Part shown: one piece after another, positions 25,811-37,898 of the stretch
How the letters are laid out: every line of letters begins with the position of its first letter
Position numbering within the stretch: position 1 is the stretch's first letter
NCBI RefSeq assembly: GCF_001194135.2
Contig: NC_068993.1
Coordinates: 7,606,010 to 7,661,135, forward strand
Length of the DNA stretch: 55,126 nucleotides
Origin: Octopus bimaculoides
Taxonomy: Eukaryota
Reading direction: 5' to 3'
The notes under the pieces: generated by a model
The model's database searches: none
The model's input: only the letters and a program-made list of their open reading frames with translations
What the model was told of the DNA's origin: nothing
Made by a program: the position numbers and the translations under genes

Positions 25811-26019
25811 ACAGATGTAACAATAACGTCGATAACAGACTACAACCATAAATATGGCGACTACAGTTGAGGACCACAGACGAACTAATGTTACGACTAA
25901 CGCAATAAAAACAATTACTAAAACGTCTTCTTTTCTTTAAGTTTACCAACTGCACCGATAGTTTTAAAACCCACATCATAACGAACTCGTGACAATAAAA
26001 CATGACGATGGGTATTAAT

Positions 26020-26125
26020 GCGTGTAATCTTTTGATATGCTAGAAATAGCGCACAAATCTCTCAGAAAATCTCATAGCTTACTGTCTTATACAGACGGTG
26101 AGTTGGATAACTTGGTGTCTTTTCT
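26020..26125 (+). mobile_element. Dispersed short repeat family E
   Basis: GCTAGAAATAGCGCACAAATCTCTC...TACTGTCTTA...TTGGATAAC. Confidence 0.5.
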
Positions 26126-26159
26126 TCCATTCTCTTTTATTATTTTTTCACTAGCTATA

Positions 26160-26321
26160 GGCGTAGGAGTGGCTGTGTGGTAAGTAGCTCGTTTACCAAC
26201 CACATGGTTCCGGATTCAGTCCCACTGCGTGGCACCTTGGGCAAATATCTTCTACTATAACCTCGGACCGACCAAAGCCTTGTGAGTGGATTTGGTAGAC
26301 GGAAACTGAAAGAAGCCTGTC
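26160..26321 (+). mobile_element. SINE family A, 5' head (best-preserved copy)
   Basis: GGCGTAGGAGTGGCTGTGTGGTAAG (A box)...GGATTCAGTCCCACTGCGTGGCACCTTGGGCAA...GACCAAAGCCTTGTGAGTGGATTTGGTAGACGGAAACTGAAAGAAGCCTGTC, then (TA)n and a gap. Confidence 0.9.
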
Positions 26322-26322
26322 A

Positions 26323-26353
<31 letters not shown>

Positions 26354-27058
26354 NNNNNNNNNNNNNNNNNNNNNNNNNNNNNNNNNNNNNNNNNNNNNNN
26401 NNNNNNNNNNNNNNNNNNNNNNNNNNNNNNNNNNNNNNNNNNNNNNNNNNNNNNNNNNNNNNNNNNNNNNNNNNNNNNNNNNNNNNNNNNNNNNNNNNNN
26501 NNNNNNNNNNNNNNNNNNNNNNNNNNNNNNNNNNNNNNNNNNNNNNNNNNNNNNNNNNNNNNNNNNNNNNNNNNNNNNNNNNNNNNNNNNNNNNNNNNNN
26601 NNNNNNNNNNNNNNNNNNNNNNNNNNNNNNNNNNNNNNNNNNNNNNNNNNNNNNNNNNNNNNNNNNNNNNNNNNNNNNNNNNNNNNNNNNNNNNNNNNNN
26701 NNNNNNNNNNNNNNNNNNNNNNNNNNNNNNNNNNNNNNNNNNNNNNNNNNNNNNNNNNNNNNNNNNNNNNNNNNNNNNNNNNNNNNNNNNNNNNNNNNNN
26801 NNNNNNNNNNNNNNNNNNNNNNNNNNNNNNNNNNNNNNNNNNNNNNNNNNNNNNNNNNNNNNNNNNNNNNNNNNNNNNNNNNNNNNNNNNNNNNNNNNNN
26901 NNNNNNNNNNNNNNNNNNNNNNNNNNNNNNNNNNNNNNNNNNNNNNNNNNNNNNNNNNNNNNNNNNNNNNNNNNNNNNNNNNNNNNNNNNNNNNNNNNNN
27001 NNNNNNNNNNNNNNNNNNNNNNNNNNNNNNNNNNNNNNNNNNNNNNNNNNNNNNNNNN

Positions 27059-27096
<38 letters not shown>

Positions 27097-27394
27097 TCAT
27101 ACACACATGAACAAGCTTGGAAGATTGCTTTAAGATGCGTATTTAATAAATATGCCTGATCAAGTATCATAATAGCATGGAATTATTACTAGCTCTTTCG
27201 GTTGTACATTTACTTTAATTCCCAATGTCTGAAGATTAGCATCGCGCTTAAAACTCGGAGTATTTACGAATCTGAATCAAAATGTATTGATTCATACATA
27301 CATGCATGCATACATACATACATACATACATACATTCATACATATGTTATACACTCTCTCACACACACACATACACACTCGCGTATGCGACGTG

Positions 27395-27505
27395 CTTGTT
27401 TCAGTTTCCACTGACAGGTCTTTTGTCGGTCTGAAGCTATAGAAGAAGACACTAGCCCAAGGTACTACGCATTGGGTTTGAACCTAGAAACATGCATTTG
27501 CTGCT
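27395..27505 (-). mobile_element. SINE family A head, degenerate
   Basis: TTTCAGTTTCC...GTCGGTCTGAAGCTATAGAAGAAGACACTAGCCCAAGGTAC is the reverse of the family A head. Confidence 0.6.
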
Positions 27506-27898
27506 CATAATAACAAGTATGTAATATATGGAGCTACATCAATGAGGATACAAATGCAAAACGATCAAGTATGGTCGGTCGGCATCGTTATATTTTAATC
27601 CAGATTTAATTAAGAACATCGTATAATCATTGGATGAATATGATAAAACTCCTCTTCTGCATTTAGGACACTCCAAATTAACATTTTTGCATACACCGAA
27701 AGCCTGTGACATGGGTTTGTGTGTATTCCTGCAACTGTTCGTTTGTGCAAGTGTTTGCCTGCGCGTAATGTATGTGTGCCACGTAGATTCGTACGTAGTT
27801 TGTATGTGTGCATGTGAATGTTTGAGAACGTATACAAGTATACACGTATATATATATACATATATGTATAAGTATAAACATATATATATGCATATGCA

Positions 27899-27949
<51 letters not shown>

Positions 27950-28947
27950 NNNNNNNNNNNNNNNNNNNNNNNNNNNNNNNNNNNNNNNNNNNNNNNNNNN
28001 NNNNNNNNNNNNNNNNNNNNNNNNNNNNNNNNNNNNNNNNNNNNNNNNNNNNNNNNNNNNNNNNNNNNNNNNNNNNNNNNNNNNNNNNNNNNNNNNNNNN
28101 NNNNNNNNNNNNNNNNNNNNNNNNNNNNNNNNNNNNNNNNNNNNNNNNNNNNNNNNNNNNNNNNNNNNNNNNNNNNNNNNNNNNNNNNNNNNNNNNNNNN
28201 NNNNNNNNNNNNNNNNNNNNNNNNNNNNNNNNNNNNNNNNNNNNNNNNNNNNNNNNNNNNNNNNNNNNNNNNNNNNNNNNNNNNNNNNNNNNNNNNNNNN
28301 NNNNNNNNNNNNNNNNNNNNNNNNNNNNNNNNNNNNNNNNNNNNNNNNNNNNNNNNNNNNNNNNNNNNNNNNNNNNNNNNNNNNNNNNNNNNNNNNNNNN
28401 NNNNNNNNNNNNNNNNNNNNNNNNNNNNNNNNNNNNNNNNNNNNNNNNNNNNNNNNNNNNNNNNNNNNNNNNNNNNNNNNNNNNNNNNNNNNNNNNNNNN
28501 NNNNNNNNNNNNNNNNNNNNNNNNNNNNNNNNNNNNNNNNNNNNNNNNNNNNNNNNNNNNNTATATATATATATATATGCAGATATATATATGTGTGTAT
28601 GTTTGTATGTGTGTATGTATGATTGTATCTATTTATGTATGAATAGACAAGTAAATTTCTACAGCAGTTCCTGCTTGTCTATCTACATGTGTCAAGATGA
28701 GTGAAGCATTATCTCTAAACCATGATGTAATCCTGAAAACAAAGCGGGATTAAAACACTACAGCGACACCAATGCGAACGACATATTGCCGTGTAATCTT
28801 TTAACGAAATGTGTAGACAACTGAGAATGAATGGAGGCTCGTCCTGAGTGGGGAACATTGATTCTGCTTAGGTGAAAATGTCAGTTAAATAAACGAAAGC
28901 TAAATACCATGTATATTGTTTTCTAATATAGCGTTTTGTTCTTTCAG

Positions 28948-29030
28948 ATTATCAGATTTATTTATAGAATGGCGATTGTATAGAAGAGCGTAGAGGACGG
29001 AGAAGACAATGGGAAATCGTAGAAAGGTTG
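28948..29030 (+). other. Candidate exon (5' UTR plus MGNRRKV, or 63-nt internal exon NGDCIEERRGRRRQWEIVERL)
   Basis: Branch-like CTAAT, tract GTTTTGTTCTTTCAG, purine-rich body, donor G|GTAAAT. An alternative acceptor at 28967 gives a phase 0-0 open 63-nt exon. Confidence 0.35.
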
Positions 29031-29536
29031 GTAAATATGTTTTATTTGGTTAAAGCGTATAAAGGATATTCAACAATAAAAGATATAAGATATTCAGTCA
29101 TATTAAAAAAAAAAAATTGCTACCATAACTGTTTTGCTTATTTTCATATAAGCTGTGATTTTCATTCGTTTTTTCTTCTGTCTATGGACCTCATTTAAAT
29201 GTTATATCACTCGGATGGGCTGTCTCGTCATTCGATGCTTAAAAATCATATATACACACACACAGACACACAGNNNNNNNNNNNNNNNNNNNNNNNNNNN
29301 NNNNNNNNNNNNNNNNNNNNNNNNNNNNNNNNNNNNNNNNNNNNNNNNNNNNNNNNNNNNNNNNNNNNNNNNNNNNNNNNNNNNNNNNNNNNNNNNNNNN
29401 NNNNNNNNNNNNNNNNNNNNNNNNNNNNNNNNNNNNNNNNNNNNNNNNNNNNNNNNNNNNNNNNNNNNNNNNNNNNNNNNNNNNNNNNNNNNNNNNNNNN
29501 NNNNNNNNNNNNNNNNNNNNNNNNNNNNNNNNNNNN

Positions 29537-29799
29537 TACTCCTTAAACAGAGTTTGACCACCTCCCCACCTCCTGCACCTACACCTTAGCCCTTTCATGG
29601 CGTCTGATGTGGCTTTTTAAACCAGAATATGTTTTGAAAAATACCCACACAGATTACACCTCTGATTTGCACTACCAATACCTGCAAGTAAGTTCTGCTC
29701 ATTGTGGATCCTAACATGTCTTTTAAGAGCCCCATTGGATTTTCAAACACTCTGGCACACACCACATTCAAACGTGTGCACAGACATATAATCAGAATA
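29537..29799 (-). mobile_element. Two-C2H2-finger module, RTE-like LINE 3' end, decayed copy
   Basis: About 95% identical by hand alignment to 37000-37255. Carries a TGC>TGA stop in finger 1, a 1-nt deletion in finger 2 and an 8-bp duplication in the 3' UTR. Confidence 0.85.
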
Positions 29800-29989
29800 T
29801 ACATACACACATAAAAAAAGTTACTTATTTACATACGTCCATACATGTGTGTGTGTGTGTCTGTGTTTGAGTGTATTCGTTTTTTTCCGTTTATTTTTAT
29901 GCCGTTGTTTCCTTATTTACGTTCTTGGCGATTCGGCAAAAAATTAAATATGAAAATATAATGTTTTTTCAGATATGAGAGTCCGTTAT

Positions 29990-30560
29990 GTTGAAATATG
30001 GGCGGCGTGGATTGTAATAAACAGAAAATGAAAATTTGAAGGAGAACAGCAGAAAGAGAGAGCCAGAAAGAGTTTGAGAGATAATGAAGTAGAAAAACAG
30101 ACAGAGAGTGTGGAGGTGTGGGTACGAGTTTGTGAAAAACTGATGGGAAGAGAGAGAAAGAGAGAGACAGAAACAGAGTCAGAGTGGGGGAAGAGAATAT
30201 GAATGAGGGTGAGTGACAAAGATGCAAATGGTAATAAAATGTAGCGATGTGGTAAAAAAAGTAAAAGTAAAATAAATCAAGAAACAGCTGTAGGTAGAGG
30301 CTGTGAACGTGAAAAAGAGAGAGTCAGAGAATGAGAGAGAGAGAGATAAAGAGAGCTATAAGAAAAAATCAGAGTGATACAAATAATAAAAGTAGAGAGA
30401 GAGAGAGAGAGCGAGAGAAGAAGGGGAGACATAGAGATAGAGAGAGAGAGAAACACAGAGAGAGAGAGAGACAGACAGAGACAGAGACAGAGACAGAGTG
30501 GGAGGACAAGACCGTGAGAAGTAGGAGATTGTCTGAAGGAAATGGAAATAAAGAACAAAA
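29990..30560. repeat. Polypurine GA/GACA-rich tract
   Basis: Directly visible. Confidence 0.85.
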
Positions 30561-31029
30561 TGGCATCGACACAAATAAATGCATATGATGATGATGATGT
30601 TGATAATGATGATGACGACGATGATGATGATGCTGATGATGCTGCTGCTGATGATGATGATGATGATAACAATAATAATAATAATCTATACAGAGGTTGT
30701 AGAACTGTGAGATTTTAAAAACAGATAACATGGGTTGACCTGTAGATATTAATTTTAGATAGCATCTAGTAGAATGCAAAATTACACTACGATTTTATGA
30801 TGGCGCTGAAATTCCATATCGCGGATCGGCTGGAATGGCTGATAGCATACCGTATCGGGAATTCTGATTCCCGTATCGTGGTCATGATTTCATGCTTCTT
30901 ACTGTCATACAGTTCTGTGTTTAAGAGACGAGGAATTATGTACATTATTTACACTGCCAAAATTCCGAGTTCGATTCCAGGCTGTGACCTGAATAATAAT
31001 AATAATAACAATAATAATGATAAGAAGAA

Positions 31030-31226
31030 CATCGGAAAATACCTTAGGAATGAGAACCCAGGTTCGAAATTTCCCCAAGACACCTGATGAAGGCTGGAGG
31101 GTATATCAGCCGAAACGTTGTGNNNNNNNNNNAGACACCTGATGAAGGCTGGAGGGTATATCAGCCGAAACGTTGTGTTAACAATAAACAAGATGAGGAC
31201 AAATATCCGTCAAATGTAAATAATGT
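31030..31226 (+). mobile_element. Penelope-like terminal element
   Basis: GACACCTGATGAAGGCTGGAGGGTATATCAGCCGAAACGTTGTGTTAAC...; second copy at 12616 (-). A 45-bp duplication spans a 10-N gap. Confidence 0.7.
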
Positions 31227-31424
31227 TCTTACTGTCATTTCGTTCCTTTGTATTTCTGTTACGGTGTGCCATTTCCTTCTGCTGAATACCAAGGGAGAAC
31301 TAATGGTATCTAATGCAAAAATTGCTCCAATATATGCAAATTTATGCAGAAAGAGTGCAGAGGAAACATGCTCCAACTTTGTATTTTTCCCCACCTTTTT
31401 CAATTTAAGTCAACTACGCAGGTA

Positions 31425-31692
31425 CGGTTGAGTGGTTAAGGAGCCCTCATTGCAACCACATGGTTTCATGTTTAGTTCTATTGTGCGGCATATTGTGAAA
31501 GTGCCCCGGGCCACAAAAAAAAAAAATGCTATTTATAACCTTATATATGGTGGTGTGTTGGGAGAATCGTTAGCACGCCGGACAAAGTACTAAGCGGCAT
31601 TTCTTCCAGTTCAGAGTTCGATTCATTCGGCTAAAGATTCTTCCACGTGGCGCCCCAGCATGGCCACAATCTAATGAATGAAGCAAGTAAAA
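31425..31692 (+). mobile_element. Cluster of SINE fragments (A head, B head, A tail)
   Basis: GAGTGGTTAAGG...GCAACCACATGGTTTC (A head); GAATCGTTAGCACGCCGGAC...GAGTTC (B head); GCCCCAGCATGGCCACAATC...AGCAAGTAAAAGA (A tail). Confidence 0.6.
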
Positions 31693-31750
31693 GAAAACAG
31701 ATATAAGACAAATACATATATATTTACAAGTGTGCATATATACGTGTCTG

Positions 31751-31794
<44 letters not shown>

Positions 31795-32599
31795 GTATAT
31801 GTAATTTTACATATACATACTTGCATACATATATTCCAGTATGAATATGCATACGTGTGTGTGTGTGTTTTGTGCGCGCGCACATACATCATTTTAACTA
31901 CTAGGTGTTTAGTCATGCTGTCCAGTCTTGGGTTAACGACCTGGAGATTTTTAATTACTTCCTCTTTACAAGCCAGTCCATTGGTTTATGAGAAAGCATT
32001 AAACTATCGCAGGCTGTGGGTCCTTACGTTATATTTTATGATTAAGAAGCCCTCTCAGCCGTTCTTCCTCGCCATACAACTACCAAAATATACCACCCCG
32101 CATCACATCTTCCCGCTGCCACCACTGACGCCGCTACAACTACGGCTGCTGCCGTTCCTCCTCCTTGCGGATCATCCTTCGACAGATTGATGAATCGGTG
32201 TTATCGTTTTCGTCATAACCAGAGACAACAATGGTCTACCACATGTGTATGCATCGTCGTAATCCTCCCCTTCTTCTTTCTTTCCGTTTTCCTAGAATAA
32301 TCTAGATGCTGAGTCAGTATCCTTGAGATTTTGTTATACATACGCTGGTATATTACTTCCGCTCCATTTCGTCTGCTGTTGTCAATTCTCTGTTGGAGTG
32401 AAATCGAACTTTCTGAAGAATGCTCGTTCGAAAGGAATTCAACTTAATGTCACAACAAACCGGAATTTCAGGCATAATATTACGGGATATTATAATAGGT
32501 TTTAGTCGTTGATAGGGGAGATTTCTTTTAATAGTCAACGCTAGCAAGGACTATAAACACAGATGATAAATGCTTATGTGAGATGCTGCATATGCGCGT

Positions 32600-32985
32600 A
32601 TGAGTGTATCTTTCACTTGTTTCAGTTATAAGATTGAGGCCATGTTGGGGCACCACCATCTAGGAACTTTTAGTCGAATGAAACGCAGCCGAGATTTATG
32701 TTTTTGAAAGCCTGGTGCTTATTCTATCGGTGTCTTTTGACGAACCACCCTGTCACTGAAAAGTAAACTCACCAGCACCGGTTGTTAAACAGACATACAC
32801 CCATGCGCGCGGGGGCACACACACACATTCACATACACACTCATACACATGTATGGCAGGCTTCTTTCAGTTTCTCTCAACCAAAACCACTCATAGTATA
32901 ATACATTTGCCGAAGTTGCCACACAGTGGGAATGAATTCGGAATTTTGTGGTCAGGAAGCAAGCTTCTTACCACACGACCACGCT
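32600..32985 (-). mobile_element. SINE family A, near full-length degenerate copy
   Basis: Reverse strand: GGTAAGAAGCTTGCTTCC...GAAACTGAAAGAAGCCTG, TG-rich middle, ACAACCGGTGCTGGTG...CGATAGAATAAGCACCAGGCTT...CCCCAACATGGCC...ACTGAAACAAGTGAAAG. Confidence 0.8.
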
Positions 32986-33904
32986 TGTTTGTGTCACCTT
33001 ACTATATGTAAGAGCATTAGTTCTCGGGTGCTGGGCCTTTGCTGTAATCTCAGCATTTAGTTTTACAGTAACAACTGAGAGTTTTAGCTGCATCAAATGA
33101 CAGACAGAGATTTCTGTTAGTCATGATTCTAAATATTGCGTAGAAACTTAGGATGTGTAACGTATAATGAAGTACCATTCCTCATTAGGTACGCTATGGA
33201 TTAGCCTCTAGGTAACCTATGCAACTCTTCAAGAAGAGAGAGAATTGCTCATAATCGATCGACCCCTGATCAATACGGCCAAATCTCCACCCACCCTTCG
33301 CCCAAGATCATAAATACTAGAGTCTTAAACAAAATATAATTTGTACGTAGTTTTATTGTTGCTTTTAGTTCCAGATCACTCCGGATTAGGCAGGTCTGAC
33401 GTATTAAATTGCGGACACCTAAGGTGATATATTTGCTTAACGTTTCGGACAAATCTCTTTGTCACTTACAATTTAGATACAATTTGTAATTAATATCTTT
33501 ACGACGCAAACTACCAGTGCTTTTTTAGAAGTTACTGTTACGGTAATATGAACAAGTTAAATTTTCTTTTAATGATTTCACAGCAGGTACAATCAGGCAA
33601 GAGATAGGCAATCGGCAGTGTGGAGTTTGAATGCAGTTTCAATTCTCGACTTTCAACAGCTACGTATTTTTTTTTCGATATGATCACTCGATTTTCGCAT
33701 CTTTCCAAGAATAACAAGTTAAATTCGAATGCTGTCAATAGACTGATGCAAATATGGGAGTCATGTCTAACCCAGCTCCACATATATCCTAATTTCCTCA
33801 TCACAAGGGATCACAATATCAATCTTATTGTTCTATCGTTGAAAATGTCAATTTGTGTGTTGGATAATGTATTGTCATCGAAGTTGTCATTGTTGTTATT
33901 GATG

Positions 33905-34345
33905 TTTTTGTTTACACCCAGATCTGTTCTGCTTAAGCAGACCTATGATCGGAAATATTCCAAAGTGGCTACCCACTTTTCCTCTTTTTTAAGGTGAGAA
34001 ATAATTCCATAAAGAGTAGACAGAATTAGTAAAAAAAAAGTACTAATCAGCCAATACAACAAAAGCAAAAACAGCAGCAACACCACCACCACCAACAACA
34101 ACGACAACTGCTACAACATACATATAAATCTATTCAGATTCTCGGTACCATGGCCTCTCATTCGATCTATGATAAAATAAAAGCAGCCAATTCCTGCTTA
34201 AACTGTGCATATAATCTTCAAAATGAAATTACAAAAATAAAATACAAAAGAAAAACATGAACGATTCATTGATAATGTGATCTTAGATACATGGTGCCTA
34301 AAAAATATAGATTGGATGATCACAGCTGGAACGCCGTTGATTATA
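33905..34345. mobile_element. Inverted pair of family E fragments (33905-33990 minus; 34170-34345 plus)
   Basis: GACCTATGATCGGAAATATTCCAAAGTGGCTACC is a diverged reverse complement of GGATGATCACAGCTGGAACGCCGTTGATTAT. Confidence 0.5.
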
Positions 34346-35721
34346 TTTGGAATGGAGTTAAATAACGATAACAACTGCGTTGTACAAAACTTGTAATATG
34401 TTAGCAGAGAATAGAAGAATAAAAGAATAGAAGAATAAAATACGGTTAATTTTAGCACATTCCGTCTCGACATTTGATTATTCCTCCAAACGCCATAAAG
34501 ACAGGAAGAGATAATCTTTCAAACAACTAACACAAAACGAATTGCAGACAGACGTACTCGAATGCACATTCCTTCTTCAAAATGAGGAAGTCACAAGAAA
34601 AAACACAACAAAAAAAAAACAAAACAATTCTCGATTCTAAGTTAACAAACAAATAATTAAATAGAGACAAATTTACCCAGAATTTACGTCGGCGAGTAAA
34701 AGAAAAGTTATAGCTGTTCACTTAATCTTTAACACAAGTCAGCATTAGTCAAGAAGACACGACAAAAACAAGAAATATTGCCATGAAAACATTTTTTTTC
34801 CAAAGTTTTTGACAACCATGGACAATTCTTTAAAATTATGTACAACAATTTGTCATCAATATGCTTGTTCTTGTTGTTCTTATAATTTTAATTATTATTA
34901 TTGTTATTGTTCTTCTGGTTGTATTATTTTGTTTTCGTATTCTTCCACTGTATTATATTCTGTTGTTCTCTTGTTCTATTATTCATTGTTTAATGTATAT
35001 TTATATTATCTTTGTATATTTATTGTTATTTTATATCATTTATTTCCTACCAAATTACAGAGAATTAAGTAAGAACTGAATTTCGTTGAATTCCGATTGT
35101 CAGCGATATTTTATTATGCATAAAACAAAATTAATGTCACCGCTCTTCTTCTTCTTCTTCTTCTTCTTCTTCTTCTTCTTCTTCTTCTTCTTCTTCTTCT
35201 TCTTCTTCTTCTTCTTCTTCTTCTTCTTCTTNNNNNNNNNNNNNNNNNNNNNNNNNNNNNNNNNNNNNNNNNNNNNNNNNNNNNNNNNNNNNNNNNNNNN
35301 NNNNNNNNNNNNNNNNNNNNNNNNNNNNNNNNNNNNNNNNNNNNNNNNNNNNNNNNNNNNNNNNNNNNNNNNNNNNNNNNNNNNNNNNNNNNNNNNNNNN
35401 NNNNNNNNNNNNNNNNNNNNNNNNNNNNNNNNNNNNNNNNNNNNNNNNNNNNNNNNNNNNNNNNNNNNNNNNNNNNNNNNNNNNNNNNNNNNNNNNNNNN
35501 NNNNNNNNNNNNNNNNNNNNNNNNNNNNNNNNNNNNNNNNNNNNNNNNNNNNNNNNNNNNNNNNNNNNNNNNNNNNNNNNNNNNNNNNNNNNNNNNNNNN
35601 NNNNNNNNNNNNNNNNNNNNNNNNNNNNNNNNNNNNNNNNNNNNNNNNNNNNNNNNNNNNNNNNNNNNNNNNNNNNNNNNNNNNNNNNNNNNNNNNNNNN
35701 NNNNNNNNNNNNNNNNNNNNN

Positions 35722-35760
<39 letters not shown>

Positions 35761-35935
35761 TGTATGTATGTATTTATATATATGCATCTGCAGGTGTATA
35801 TTTATATACGTGCATGTGTATATATATGTATGTTACGCGGAAGCATGCTAGACACAGATATAATGACAGAAAGGAACTGCGAATAGTAATTAATGAATTA
35901 ATGTGCATGTGTACACATTTACATAAGTGTGTGCA

Positions 35936-35966
<31 letters not shown>

Positions 35967-36182
35967 ATTTATGCGACGTGCAAGAATACTAGACCCATAA
36001 AAAGAGAGAGAAAGCAATAAATATATATATGTGTGTGTGTGTGTATATGTGTATGGTACTGTGCATGCGTGTATATTTACGAATGTTATGCAGGTTTATG
36101 TATAATTAAATGCTTGTGCATAAAATTGTGCATGTATTCATGAATGTAGTCGTCTGTGCAGTTGCGTGCGTGTGTGTGCGTG

Positions 36183-36213
<31 letters not shown>

Positions 36214-36999
36214 NNNNNNNNNNNNNNNNNNNNNNNNNNNNNNNNNNNNNNNNNNNNNNNNNNNNNNNNNNNNNNNNNNNNNNNNNNNNNNNNNNNNNNN
36301 NNNNNNNNNNNNNNNNNNNNNNNNNNNNNNNNNNNNNNNNNNNNNNNNNNNNNNNNNNNNNNNNNNNNNNNNNNNNNNNNNNNNNNNNNNNNNNNNNNNN
36401 NNNNNNNNNNNNNNNNNNNNNNNNNNNNNNNNNNNNNNNNNNNNNNNNNNNNNNNNNNNNNNNNNNNNNNNNNNNNNNNNNNNNNNNNNNNNNNNNNNNN
36501 NNNNNNNNNNNNNNNNNNNNNNNNNNNNNNNNNNNNNNNNNNNNNNNNNNNNNNNNNNNNNNNNNNNNNNNNNNNNNNNNNNNNNNNNNNNNNNNNNNNN
36601 NNNNNNNNNNNNNNNNNNNNNNNNNNNNNNNNNNNNNNNNNNNNNNNNNNNNNNNNNNNNNNNNNNNNNNNNNNNNNNNNNNNNNNNNNNNNNNNNNNNN
36701 NNNNNNNNNNNNNNNNNNNNNNNNNNNNNNNNNNNNNNNNNNNNNNNNNNNNNNNNNNNNNNNNNNNNNNNNNNNNNNNNNNNNNNNNNNNNNNNNNNNN
36801 NNNNNNNNNNNNNNNNNNNNNNNNNNNNNNNNNNNNNNNNNNNNNNNNNNNNNNNNNNNNNNNNNNNNNNNNNNNNNNNNNNNNNNNNNNNNNNNNNNNN
36901 NNNNNNNNNNNNNNNNNNNNNNNNNNNNNNNNNNNNNNNNNNNNNNNNNNNNNNNNNNNNNNNNNNNNNNNNNNNNNNNNNNNNNNNNNNNNNNNNNNN

Positions 37000-37265
37000 T
37001 ATTCTGATTATATGTCTGTGCACACGTTTGAATGTGGTGTGTGCCAGAGGGTTTGCAAATCCAATGGGGGTCTTAAAAGACATGTTAGGATCCACAATGA
37101 GCAGAACTTACTTGCAGGTATTGGTAGTGCAAATCAGAGGTGCAATCTGTGTGGGTGTTTTTTCAAAACACTGTCTGGTTTAAAAAGCCACATCAGACGC
37201 CATGAAAGGGCTAAGGTGTAGGTGCAGGAGGTGGTCAAACTCTGTTTAAGGAGTAGACAACCACC
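37000..37265 (+). mobile_element. Two-C2H2-finger module, RTE-like LINE 3' end, intact copy
   Basis: Open frame to TAG at 37219-37221; short 3' UTR with stem-loop GTC-AA-ACTCT-GTTTAA-GGAGT-A-GAC, then an (ATGT)n(ATCT)n tail. Confidence 0.8.
37012..37221 (+). CDS. 69-aa ORF with two canonical C2H2 zinc fingers (probably a retroelement C-terminus; expression unknown)
   Basis: MSVHTFECGVCQRVCKSNGGLKRHVRIH...RCNLCGCFFKTLSGLKSHIRRHERAKV*. Both fingers fit C-x2-C-x12-H-x3-H; the canonical TGEKP linker is absent. Confidence 0.4.
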   Translation: MSVHTFECGVCQRVCKSNGGLKRHVRIHNEQNLLAGIGSANQRCNLCGCFFKTLSGLKSHIRRHERAKV

Positions 37266-37292
37266 ATGTATGTATGTATGTATGTATGTATG

Positions 37293-37343
<51 letters not shown>

Positions 37344-37354
37344 TTATCTATCAA

Positions 37355-37446
37355 TGTGGAATGGCTGTGTGGTAAGAAGCTTGCTTGCCAACCATATGGC
37401 TTTGGTTAGTCCCACCTGGGCAAGTGTCTTCTACTATCGCCCGTCG
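37355..37446 (+). mobile_element. SINE family A head, internally deleted
   Basis: GGCTGTGTGGTAAGAAGCTTGCTTGCCAACCATATGG...CACCTGGGCAAGTGTCTTCTACTAT[deletion]GCCCGTCGTATATA. Confidence 0.8.
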
Positions 37447-37664
37447 TATATATATATATATATATATAGTAACTTCTGCGCTGAAGTGAGGACAGTATAT
37501 AATTATACTAACGCCCTTCTTGTTTATTTTCACTGTTTTGTTTCCCTGTCGTGCTTTCTGTTCACCACTATATTCCTCCGCATTACAAATTGAATTTGTT
37601 TCCGCGGGAAGAGCCATTCTAACAATGCGTCCTGCTCTAAATCATCGAAACGCTTAGTTTTAGA

Positions 37665-37780
37665 ATGGTGGCAGCTGACGAAGGAAATGTTCTGTATGTG
37701 GCCTGTGTGTTTTCTGTGCTCTGTTTATGTTCTGTTTCTCATTTTTCCACGTTTCTCTTTTTGTGACGTCCTGTACCCAG
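37665..37780 (+). mobile_element. Possible Penelope-like terminal fragment
   Basis: GCTGACGAAGGAAATG...GTGGCCTGTGTGTTTTCTG; loosely similar text at 6560-6720 and 21885-21950. Confidence 0.35.
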
Positions 37781-37858
37781 ATATGCAATTATATATACAT
37801 GTAGATGTAGGTATGTACATACATGTACGTATATATGCATATACTCACATATTATTTG

Positions 37859-37898
<40 letters not shown>

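Noticed and set aside
31078-31177. 45-bp exact direct repeat suggesting a tandem pseudo-LTR or CRISPR-like repeat
   Set aside because: The two copies are separated only by a 10-N placeholder gap, typical of an unmerged contig overlap.
33922-33993. Convincing-looking exon (SVLLKQTYDRKYSKVATHFSSFL, donor AAG|GTGAGA)
   Set aside because: The sequence is the reverse complement of dispersed repeat E, so the splice signals are probably incidental. Exonisation cannot be excluded.
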